Below are positions 19,773 to 26,669 of a stretch of 62,337 nt of DNA, in pieces. A model generated the notes under the pieces. The model did not search any database. It was not told where the DNA came from and saw only the letters and a program-made list of their open reading frames with translations. The DNA lies in IMG/VR virus record IMGVR_UViG_3300025128_000029, positions 1 through 62,337 of that record; one strand, written 5' to 3'. Source of the stretch: a virus. Taxonomy: Duplodnaviria; Caudoviricetes. Position 1 is the first letter of the stretch; each line of letters opens with the position of its first letter. A program made the position numbers and the translations under genes.

Positions 19773-19859
19773 TTTTTTGACGTCACAAATTTTGCGAGGA
19801 ACATGGCAAGCCCCCTTGATAGGGCTTGCCTAAAAGTCTCTAGGGGGGGCGTCAAAAAA
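19773..19859. other. dyad-symmetric non-coding element, candidate genome terminus/packaging site
   Basis: TTTTTTGACG (19773-82) / CGTCAAAAAA (19850-59) around a centred GGCAAGCCC-N8-GGGCTTGCC hairpin (19805-30); G6/G7 runs nearby. Confidence 0.4.
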
Positions 19860-19885
19860 CCCTGTTAACCTATAGGCTAACAGGG
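19854..19885 (-). terminator. intrinsic terminator of 19903..20358
   Basis: minus strand CCCTGTTAGCCT-AT-AGGTTAACAGGG-TTTTTT. Confidence 0.75.
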
Positions 19886-19902
19886 CTAGGGGGTAACCTA
19901 AG

Positions 19903-20358
19903 TTACTTAGTTGTTGTTGGCATAGTGCTAACAAGTTTAATAAAAGGTGTACCCCAACTGCTACTACTAGGGCTATAACCACCATTTAACAGGGCTAATA
20001 AACAATTAGGTTTTTTACTGCTATGCCCTAAAGGTTTGCCAACTGCTAGGCTAGTACTAACAAGGTTACAAACCTTACCTGTTGTTTTGTTTTTAACACC
20101 ATGCAACATTGCATTTTGTATTATTGCCCTAACCCCATTAGGTTTACCACCATACCCAAAAGGTACAGGGTTAGCCTGTTGTAGTTTGCAATTAGGTAAT
20201 GGTACTATTTGTGCGTTAGCCATACTACCACCACAATTATTATTAATAAAAGCCCATAAACTAGCATAGGTTACCTCGTTGCCTGTATGTGTTAAAGTTG
20301 CGTAAGTTGTTGTTGGTGCTGTATTAGGTGCTACCTTACCTTTTGTTGTATTTTGCAT
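19903..20358 (-). CDS. hypothetical basic protein, Asp-free paralog of 20616..21059
   Basis: shared PVPFGYGG.P.GVR, PLGHS.KKP.CL.AL..GGYSPSS..W.TP.IKLV; own RBS (AAAAAGGGG) and terminator. Confidence 0.85.
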   Translation of the reverse strand: MQNTTKGKVAPNTAPTTTYATLTHTGNEVTYASLWAFINNNCGGSMANAQIVPLPNCKLQQANPVPFGYGGKPNGVRAIIQNAMLHGVKNKTTGKVCNLVSTSLAVGKPLGHSSKKPNCLLALLNGGYSPSSSSWGTPFIKLVSTMPTTTK

Positions 20359-20390
20359 TTTATACCCCTTTTTGGTTAATGCGTTAAAGT

Positions 20391-20426
20391 TGCTATTATA
20401 TAAACATTTATTTGTAATTTTTGCAA
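20391..20426 (-). promoter_or_regulatory. putative promoter of 19903..20358
   Basis: TATAAT at 20400-20395 (TATAATAGCA, also at 25180-25171); TTGCAA upstream with non-ideal spacing. Confidence 0.5.
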
Positions 20427-20470
20427 AACCAAAATAGTAGTTCTCTATATATAACCCCTATATTAATGCT

Positions 20471-20570
20471 TATGATTAGACCTCTCTCCATCCATCCTCT
20501 CATCGGGGAAATCATCGGGAATCCTCATCCTCTGGTCGGGGAAAATCCTCACGAATCATCGGAAGGCAAT
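20471..20570. repeat. TC/GA-dense degenerate repeat spacer
   Basis: ATCCTC / ATCGGG(G)AA units; 26 TC+GA in 100 nt by hand count. Confidence 0.75.
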
Positions 20571-20573
20571 GTC

Positions 20574-20605
20574 AAAAAAAGAGGGGACAGTCGCCTGTCG
20601 CCCTC
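20574..20605 (-). terminator. intrinsic terminator of 20616..21059
   Basis: minus strand GAGGG-C-GACAG-GCGA-CTGTC-CCCTC-TTTTTTT. Confidence 0.8.
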
Positions 20606-20615
20606 GTGTTAGATG

Positions 20616-21059
20616 TTAAGCTTTGACTACGAGCTTGATGTATGGAGTCATCCAGTATTTGCTGGACGGTGAGTATCCTCCGTGCATGAGAGCATGTAGA
20701 CAAGTAGGCTTTTTGCGACTGTGTCCAAGAGGAGCAGCTTTATTGAGTATGGTTTTAAGGGACATGTCCTTGTCCTTGCCGACACCGAATAATAACCAAT
20801 CCTGAATCATTTGTCGGACCCCTCCAGGCTGACCTCCGTAACCGAATGGGACAGGCTTGTCACTTTTTAAGTCACAGTTATCAAGTGGAACAACCACTAC
20901 GTTAGATTCTTGACCTCCTGCATGCTCCTGGACAAACTTCCAGATATCATTGTAGGATAGCTCCTTGTCAGTCACTTTTAACTCAACTGATTTTACAGTT
21001 TTAATTGGAGCGTCTAAGGTTAATGATGCCTTAGTCATCTTTTTAGTAGTTTTAGTCAT
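20616..21059 (-). CDS. hypothetical protein, normal-composition paralog of 19903..20358
   Basis: same motifs; TCGTAGAAAGGGG leader; 9 Asp + 4 Glu. Confidence 0.85.
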   Translation of the reverse strand: MTKTTKKMTKASLTLDAPIKTVKSVELKVTDKELSYNDIWKFVQEHAGGQESNVVVVPLDNCDLKSDKPVPFGYGGQPGGVRQMIQDWLLFGVGKDKDMSLKTILNKAAPLGHSRKKPTCLHALMHGGYSPSSKYWMTPYIKLVVKA

Positions 21060-21112
21060 TGTAATCCCCTTTCTACGAGATTGTTAAGTTAATAGCTGTT
21101 TGCTATGATTAA

Positions 21113-21141
21113 AGAATAGCAATTAATTTGTCTAGTTACAA
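21113..21141 (-). promoter_or_regulatory. sigma70-like promoter
   Basis: TTGTAA-17 nt-TATTCT with TG extension. Confidence 0.6.
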
Positions 21142-21187
21142 GTCTATTATTGTCCTATTTATTCGTTTTTTATCCTCAAATTAGACA

Positions 21188-21298
21188 ATCAATCTGGCGT
21201 CATCATCTTTCTTCTTCGGCGTCGTCAATCATCCTCTTTCCTCGGTGAAAAGAAACGATGACGCGAGGATGAAAGACGATAGAGGAAGATTGATGAGA
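21188..21298. other. bipartite TC-rich then GA-rich non-coding element
   Basis: 15 TC/0 GA in 21188-21243, then 15 GA/0 TC in 21247-21298. Confidence 0.8.
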
Positions 21299-21300
21299 AA

Positions 21301-21732
21301 CTAATCGTTGTCAGGACGACCCGATGATGATAGAATATGATTGATAATGCCCGTCCAGTCGTACGGGATTCTCGTCTCAAAATCAGGGATCAAGTCATCC
21401 TCCCTCCTCGGTGATTCTGTCCACTGTCTAGCTCGCCAACCCCCAAATAATTTGAGCGACGAGGAAGAGAGATGATGAACCAAGTTCCAGACATGTCCTG
21501 ATTGCGAAGAATATTGAGTTTGCCAGAGAATTTGGTGAGGAGACAAATTGATGGACTTTAATGACTTTAACCTGTGGACTTTCAATTCTAACCAAAAGGC
21601 ATGACCATCAACTATACCATGCAGATCTGGAACTCCAGGAATAGCCCACGACTCAAGACGTGTCCAAAACACCCCTTGAGCCTTTGTGTTGTCGCGTAGA
21701 TTATGCCACAGTTTGGACTCAGGCTTTTTCAT
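21301..21732 (-). CDS. VRR-NUC / PD-(D/E)XK nuclease (Holliday junction resolvase-like)
   Basis: PESKLW...RLES...GVPDL...FWLELK...LSPHQ. Confidence 0.75.
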   Translation of the reverse strand: MKKPESKLWHNLRDNTKAQGVFWTRLESWAIPGVPDLHGIVDGHAFWLELKVHRLKSLKSINLSPHQILWQTQYSSQSGHVWNLVHHLSSSSLKLFGGWRARQWTESPRREDDLIPDFETRIPYDWTGIINHILSSSGRPDND

Positions 21733-21977
21733 TAATCACACTCTACCTGCTCTACGTCATGTCGCCATTTTAGTAGATACTCACATACTCGTTTCCAAGT
21801 ATTTTGCACACTAGGGTCAACGTCTTCTACATGACCACTATTATACTCGTCATCACACTCTACAAAAAAGTTACTATCCTCTTCTATAGTACCATAGCAA
21901 TAGATTGTCCCTCCGTTTGGTTTGTTGTGGACGTAATCAATATGGTGACCTCGCTCGGTCGTTACATTATATGGCAT
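21732..21977 (-). CDS. hypothetical early protein
   Basis: preceded by TCGTAGAAAGG leader. Confidence 0.6.
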   Translation of the reverse strand: MPYNVTTERGHHIDYVHNKPNGGTIYCYGTIEEDSNFFVECDDEYNSGHVEDVDPSVQNTWKRVCEYLLKWRHDVEQVECD

Positions 21978-21982
21978 CAGTT

Positions 21983-22436
21983 AATCCTTTCTACGATTAA
22001 TTAAGTTATATTTAATAATAGCATAAAATACGTCTAGGTGTTTAATTTATTATCAAGAGTTCTCCGTGTCACGGAAGTAGTCTACTTGTACTTTAATGGC
22101 GATGCCGTCTTGTTCGGCTCCATTCCTCATTTCTTTTATAACACTAATAGCCTCGTCTAAGCTTTTCTGGTCAACAACTTTTGTAAACCAACTGATAAAG
22201 TCGCCTCCCTCTTCAATGTTATACAAAAAAGCATAGACTTCCTGAGGGGAAGACATTGTTATTACTAACCGACCATCTTCTCCCCACTGCTCAGTATAAG
22301 TACTAATATTATCAATAACAACAGGGTTGATATAGTAGGTGCTATGACCTGATTCTTTGATTAAAGTGTTAAACAACATGATAAATCCTTTCTACGATTA
22401 ATTTGTTTATACTTATATAATAGCATAAAATACGTC
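21983..22436. repeat. direct repeat of promoter/RBS cassette flanking 22053..22379
   Basis: AATCCTTTCTACGATTAATT at 21983 and 22384; ATAATAGCATAAAATACGTC at 22015 and 22417. Confidence 0.85.
22053..22379 (-). CDS. hypothetical early protein
   Basis: TCGTAGAAAGG leader; 108 aa. Confidence 0.6.
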   Translation of the reverse strand: MLFNTLIKESGHSTYYINPVVIDNISTYTEQWGEDGRLVITMSSPQEVYAFLYNIEEGGDFISWFTKVVDQKSLDEAISVIKEMRNGAEQDGIAIKVQVDYFRDTENS

Positions 22437-22983
22437 AAGTGGTGTCTTTTATTACCTTACTTTCTCCCTCTATGACAAGGTTATCTTCAGTAAAAGATTT
22501 GAGTGCAGGAAACTCTTCCTGGATTCTCTTAATTTCTTTCATGACCTCGTCGCGATTCATCGAGTCAATCTTTCCATGCAGAATCTCTTTGCGATCAATA
22601 TAAAGTCCGGCAGCTTGACCTCGGGACTTCTCTGCCGCGACTGCTGCTGCGAAATTCCCTCCTGTCATAGCTTGATCTCTGATCTCGGCTAATTTTTTGA
22701 CGTGTCCTTCAAATGAGACTTCATATTTTTTAGACAGCTCAGCTTTAAGCTCTTTGATTCGGGCGACTACTGCTGGATATCGGGTTCCGTTGAGGAGTTG
22801 CGATGCTATTGCATGAGCTGATGCGACAGAGTATCCTGCTCTTATCGCTGCTTCAGTCTGGCTTATGTCTTCAGTTACATAAATCTTAGCGAACTCTTCT
22901 TGTTTGGGAGTGATCCCCTTCTCCGATCGGGGATTGCCTACAATATCTAATGTGGGCTTATGTGTCTTTTTTGCTAATGCCAT
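22435..22983 (-). CDS. terS: terminase small subunit
   Basis: ITPKQEEFAKIYV...TEAAIRAGYS...ASQLL...AEKSRGQAAGLY; start MALAKK after AGGAG. Confidence 0.8.
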   Translation of the reverse strand: MALAKKTHKPTLDIVGNPRSEKGITPKQEEFAKIYVTEDISQTEAAIRAGYSVASAHAIASQLLNGTRYPAVVARIKELKAELSKKYEVSFEGHVKKLAEIRDQAMTGGNFAAAVAAEKSRGQAAGLYIDRKEILHGKIDSMNRDEVMKEIKRIQEEFPALKSFTEDNLVIEGESKVIKDTT

Positions 22984-23058
22984 AATTATCTCCTGTACTT
23001 TACATAATAGGAGCAGACTAAGAATTTGCAAAGAATTTTTTTATCTCCGATAACAGTG

Positions 23059-23153
23059 TGTGACCAGATGAAGTAAGATATTAGATATTGTATATCGGAA
23101 TATTTCTAAAAAATAATTCATTAACTTTTTCATTTCACTCCTATATAAGCAAA
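23059..23153. repeat. non-coding element copy A (origin-like; copy B at 44747-44830)
   Basis: TGTGACCAGAT, ATATTGTATATCGGAA, AACTTTTTCATTT, CCTATATA, GCAAA blocks shared with copy B. Confidence 0.75.
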
Positions 23154-23185
23154 CTCCGTGGACCATTGTTATCGGTCCACGGAGT
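23153..23185 (-). terminator. hairpin/terminator
   Basis: ACTCCGTGGACC-N9-GGTCCACGGAGT perfect 12-bp stem. Confidence 0.65.
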
Positions 23186-23216
23186 CTTAGGGGTATAAGG
23201 GTAAACGTAGAGAGAT

Positions 23217-23456
23217 TTACCCTTTGAGAATTCTATTCCAAGCAGTTTCTAAAAGCAAGTAGTGATCGGTATCCATACTTTTTTTATTTAGTTTAAGATA
23301 CGTGGAGATAATGGACACAGCAGATTGCCATGACATATCTTTTAGTTTTTCATCCCAATAGGCTTTACTGTCTTGTTCAGCCCAATATTTATCATCACGA
23401 TCGTATGGGTGACGTGGTAGTTTAGTGCTTGTCGTCATACCTTCTTTATTTTCCAT
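23217..23456 (-). CDS. hypothetical early protein
   Basis: 79-aa ORF with GAGG RBS. Confidence 0.5.
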   Translation of the reverse strand: MENKEGMTTSTKLPRHPYDRDDKYWAEQDSKAYWDEKLKDMSWQSAVSIISTYLKLNKKSMDTDHYLLLETAWNRILKG

Positions 23457-23466
23457 AGTTTTCCTC

Positions 23467-23658
23467 CTATATTTCTATGGTTGCGTAGTCAATGAGTTCT
23501 ACTTTAATTTTTTCTGGGTGATGAACTTTGTTTAATCGTTCAACTTCTGCCATTTGTGATACTCTATCATTTGTGACATTATATTCTACTTCGCCATCTG
23601 GGTAAGTAGTTTTCCATAAATATTTTTTGCCTGTCGGCGACATAACATCAAGAGCCAT
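23467..23658 (-). CDS. hypothetical early protein
   Basis: start revised to MALDVMSP after GGGAG. Confidence 0.5.
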   Translation of the reverse strand: MALDVMSPTGKKYLWKTTYPDGEVEYNVTNDRVSQMAEVERLNKVHHPEKIKVELIDYATIEI

Positions 23659-23854
23659 TCGGTTTCTCCCTGAAAGTATTAGCGAATTGTTTAGCATTAT
23701 GATAAGTACCTGTAAAATAATCAACAACCTCATACATCGGCGAACCCCAACACTCATCATAGTCGGGGTAAAGGGTAATATCGCCCTTTTTATTACCAGT
23801 CGCAAAATTATCTTTAGCCCATCTTAGGACAACCCACTCTTTAACATCTTGCAT
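23648..23854 (-). CDS. hypothetical early protein
   Basis: GAGGAG RBS, promoter upstream. Confidence 0.55.
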   Translation of the reverse strand: MQDVKEWVVLRWAKDNFATGNKKGDITLYPDYDECWGSPMYEVVDYFTGTYHNAKQFANTFREKPNGS

Positions 23855-23891
23855 TAACTTCTCCTCTTAAGTTATTGTTTACGTTAAATAA

Positions 23892-23920
23892 ATAATAGCA
23901 ACGGATAACCCGATAAGCAA
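23892..23920 (-). promoter_or_regulatory. sigma70-like promoter
   Basis: TTGCTT-17 nt-TATTAT with TG extension. Confidence 0.6.
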
Positions 23921-23927
23921 TTCTTGT

Positions 23928-24254
23928 TTAATCATTTAGCCTCACAATATCATCTTCCCCAAAATATGTACCGAGTTGTGTTTCAATAATGGTTAGAGGT
24001 CCATCAGTCTCGTTTGCTATATAATGAATACTTGTTTGTGGGATATCTATACTTTCCCCTTTTACGAGAGAGTAGAATACACCATCAAGGTAAACAGTTG
24101 CTTCCCCTTTTGTAATGAGCCAATGTTCACTCCTGTGCATATGATATTGTTTAGAGATTTGTTTATATGGATTAATCGTCAGTTTTTTTACTTTACAATC
24201 GTGATCGAGTTGTAGAACTTCAAACTTGCCCCATATTCTATTGACTATGTCCAT
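23928..24254 (-). CDS. cupin, mannose-6-phosphate isomerase type II C-terminal-like
   Basis: R.WGKFEVL...KVKKLTINP...S.QYH.HRSEHW...IIETQLGTYFGEDDIVRL; start MDIVNR after AGGAG. Confidence 0.8.
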   Translation of the reverse strand: MDIVNRIWGKFEVLQLDHDCKVKKLTINPYKQISKQYHMHRSEHWLITKGEATVYLDGVFYSLVKGESIDIPQTSIHYIANETDGPLTIIETQLGTYFGEDDIVRLND

Positions 24255-24281
24255 CGTTTTCTCCTGAAAAAAAAATTTTGT

Positions 24282-24353
24282 GCTTACATAATCAATCAAA
24301 GTTTCCCAATAAACTTCTGCGTCGCCACGCAAATTAAGACTGATTATGTAAGC
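24282..24353 (-). ncRNA. candidate three-way-junction RNA
   Basis: 16-bp outer stem (one G-U on minus strand) enclosing UGCGU-GGCG-ACGCA and AAGUUU-AUUGGG-AAACUU. Confidence 0.4.
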
Positions 24354-24435
24354 TAGAGCAGGAAGGAGGTACAGAAAGGAGATGCCCCCCTTCAATCAAG
24401 AGACAATAACTAAACTCTTGATCATAACCACTACT

Positions 24436-24795
24436 CTATTCTGTCTTTATAAATACTCCATCTAAATTATAACCTTTTCTATCTTGGATCTCAACTAATG
24501 CCTTGCGTAAACAATCTTTTACACTAATCTCATTCCTAATCATGATATTTATCATTACAACCAACATATCACCAAGTGAATCGGTTAGGTCATTATAAAT
24601 ATCGGAACAAATATCATCAGATAATTCACCTAATTCCTGCATCAACTTTAAACATTGGTCTTTGTCGGAACTACCCTCTATTAATCCTCTATTTTCATGC
24701 CACTTTTTTACTTCGTCAATGAGTTCGTCGTACTCCATTGAATCGAACTTAGAGCTAGTCCATCTTCTGGCATTTGGCTTACTAAAATCACTCAT
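24436..24795 (-). CDS. MazG-like NTP pyrophosphohydrolase
   Basis: W...RGL...QCLKLMQELGEL...DSLGDMLVV...EIQDRKG...DGVFIK. Confidence 0.8.
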   Translation of the reverse strand: MSDFSKPNARRWTSSKFDSMEYDELIDEVKKWHENRGLIEGSSDKDQCLKLMQELGELSDDICSDIYNDLTDSLGDMLVVMINIMIRNEISVKDCLRKALVEIQDRKGYNLDGVFIKTE

Positions 24796-25029
24796 TTACC
24801 ACCTCACTATGTAAGATCTGTTTGTTTTGATATTCAATACAGTAGCATAATCTTTATGGATCATCATATCTACTAACTCATAACCATAGGCTATAAGAAT
24901 CTTTTTTAAGTTATCTAATGTATTATCAAGTTCGTTCTTTCCATTTATCTGTTCCATAGTCAACTTAAAGTTATCGCTATGAAAGTCAGCAAGTACATTG
25001 GATAATTTTATATACTCTGGTATATTCAT
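24796..25029 (-). CDS. hypothetical protein
   Basis: start MNIPEY after AGGGAG. Confidence 0.5.
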   Translation of the reverse strand: MNIPEYIKLSNVLADFHSDNFKLTMEQINGKNELDNTLDNLKKILIAYGYELVDMMIHKDYATVLNIKTNRSYIVRW

Positions 25030-25059
25030 TTGGTTCTCCCTTAAAGTTAAGTCCAAAGG

Positions 25060-25170
25060 TAAGGAATCTTAGAAGGCAACTCCCGTCGAAGTTGAAGTGC
25101 TCGTATATTACAGTAGCTTCACTGTCTAGTCCCAGCTACTTCCCTCACCTCTGGTAGTTCACGCGAACTA
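25060..25170 (-). ncRNA. candidate structured leader/small RNA
   Basis: three hairpins (25155-70, 25112-40, 25077-94) directly downstream of TATAATAGCA. Confidence 0.35.
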
Positions 25171-25186
25171 TGCTATTATAATTACA

Positions 25187-25432
25187 TTAATTAGCCCGAT
25201 TTAAAACTCTAATGTGTTCTTTTAACCTCGTCAAATCAGAGTTAACAGTTTGCCAAAATTTAATAGCCCAACTATTATCATCAGGTAATAACTCTAGCAA
25301 TACTTCTACATTATTAATTTTTTGCAATATATCTTCTTCTGTAAGATGATCTCTATTGTACATTTTTAGGTTTCTCCTTTTTAGGTCTTCCAGGTTTGCC
25401 ATATTTAGGCTTCTGGTCTTGTTTACGTCCAT
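25187..25432 (-). CDS. hypothetical protein
   Basis: ORF track; start may be MANLED. Confidence 0.45.
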   Translation of the reverse strand: MDVNKTRSLNMANLEDLKRRNLKMYNRDHLTEEDILQKINNVEVLLELLPDDNSWAIKFWQTVNSDLTRLKEHIRVLNRAN

Positions 25433-25724
25433 ACTTTTTTATCTTTTCGTTTTGAACAACTCTACTTCTATTTGTTAAATTAAATAAATTAGAGTCATGT
25501 TTACTTGTTTGAGAGGGAGGTAAATAACCTGTCGGCATAAATTGTTCGTTTTCGTTTTCTTCTGCCATAATTTCCTCAGCATAACAAAGATGAAAAGGCA
25601 TACTTTTATTTGTCATACATTTTACATATTCAATAGTTTCTATCATTTCATCACTTATAATATCTAGGTACAACCTACCTTGTGAAGTGATAGTAAAATT
25701 AGTAAATGGATAAAACGGTTTCAT
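25353..25724 (-). CDS. hypothetical protein with basic GRP-containing C-terminus
   Basis: ends KYGKPGRPKKEKPKNVQ. Confidence 0.45.
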   Translation of the reverse strand: MKPFYPFTNFTITSQGRLYLDIISDEMIETIEYVKCMTNKSMPFHLCYAEEIMAEENENEQFMPTGYLPPSQTSKHDSNLFNLTNRSRVVQNEKIKKYGRKQDQKPKYGKPGRPKKEKPKNVQ

Positions 25725-25784
25725 TTACGTTCCCCAAACAAAAAGATTAACAATACCATCAATGCTAATATTATATAAAGCATA

Positions 25785-25976
25785 TCAAGTTGGAAACCTT
25801 AAAACATTGTCAGAGACTGCGATTGCATGGTCTCGTGTATATGTATCAATAAAGGTTTCAATATCATTTTCGTTCATGCCCCATGCTTTAAGTTGGGAGA
25901 TAGCTGTCTTAGCTGATATACACCCCTCAATAAATAAAGCTTGCACTTCTTCTATACTACTAGGAGTCATATTCAT
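25785..25976 (-). CDS. hypothetical protein
   Basis: GGAG RBS; ends NVLRFPT. Confidence 0.5.
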   Translation of the reverse strand: MNMTPSSIEEVQALFIEGCISAKTAISQLKAWGMNENDIETFIDTYTRDHAIAVSDNVLRFPT

Positions 25977-26151
25977 TATTTTCTCTCCACCAATTCCACC
26001 ATGCTTGTTCTTCTAATGTATCAAATATCATAACAATTCCTTTCTATGTTTATTGCTATATTTAAATTTAGCCCACCATAAAGGGAGGAGCAAGTCCTTT
26101 TGTATCTCCAACTAATTACGTCATCTTTCTTCATCGAACCGTACAATAGTC

Positions 26152-26187
26152 AAAAAATAGTGGGTTAGTTACCTACCACCCACTATT
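26152..26187 (-). terminator. intrinsic terminator
   Basis: AATAGTGGGT-N12-ACCCACTATT, T-run on minus strand. Confidence 0.6.
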
Positions 26188-26267
26188 AAACTGATTGTCA
26201 GAAGGGGCTTAAAACCCTCCTTTTTTACGTCAATATTGTAAAATTTACCAATATATGAGCAAAAAGG

Positions 26268-26504
26268 TCAATTGCTAGGGCTACTAGGTAATCCATCTTT
26301 TGCCTCCCTTTCTTGTATATCAATTACTTCGTCAATCATATCGGTCAACACCTCATGAAAAGCCTCGTTTAATGTAGGGTTTGCATCTGGGTGATGTACT
26401 ATATTATGAGCATACATTTCAGTCACTCTTGAAACGAACTCATCAAAAGGAGGTAGCTCGTATGTGTCTACCTCAATAGTAACCTTTTCAGTCATTTTTG
26501 GCAT
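26268..26504 (-). CDS. hypothetical early protein
   Basis: GGAGGAG RBS. Confidence 0.55.
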   Translation of the reverse strand: MPKMTEKVTIEVDTYELPPFDEFVSRVTEMYAHNIVHHPDANPTLNEAFHEVLTDMIDEVIDIQEREAKDGLPSSPSN

Positions 26505-26669
26505 TTTTCTCCTCCTTCATGCTAATACGCACAGACAGGTCTGTTTCATTTTGACGTATATACAATAACATTTCACCGACCCATTGTTGAGTTGCCTTTA
26601 TAGTTTTGAACTCAACACTATCACGAAGAGAACCATCAGGATAATGATGTTCTACTAAATAAACCATTA

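Larger units (their letters stand above)
19854..20441. other. GA/TC-dinucleotide-free segment
   Basis: 588 bp with zero GA and one TC (20276-77), by line-by-line reading. Confidence 0.95.

Noticed and set aside
19854-20441. TC-specific cytosine deamination (APOBEC/DddA-like hypermutation) as cause of the GA/TC void
   Set aside because: That predicts mainly Asp to Asn, Glu to Lys and TCN to TTN changes. The paralog comparison shows diverse replacements, retained AGY serines and an intact RBS and terminator, which fits selection better. Not formally excluded.
19854-20441. Restriction-site (GATC/GANTC) or UV-dimer avoidance as the cause
   Set aside because: Avoiding 4-6 bp sites does not require removing every GA/TC, TT runs are abundant, and the adjacent DNA is enriched in GA/TC.
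20471-21298. CRISPR or mini-array
   Set aside because: No constant-length repeats with unique spacers; the units are short and degenerate.
24282-25170. tRNA or hammerhead ribozyme in the structured intergenic regions
   Set aside because: No T-loop or anticodon cloverleaf; no unpaired CUGANGA/GAAA core.
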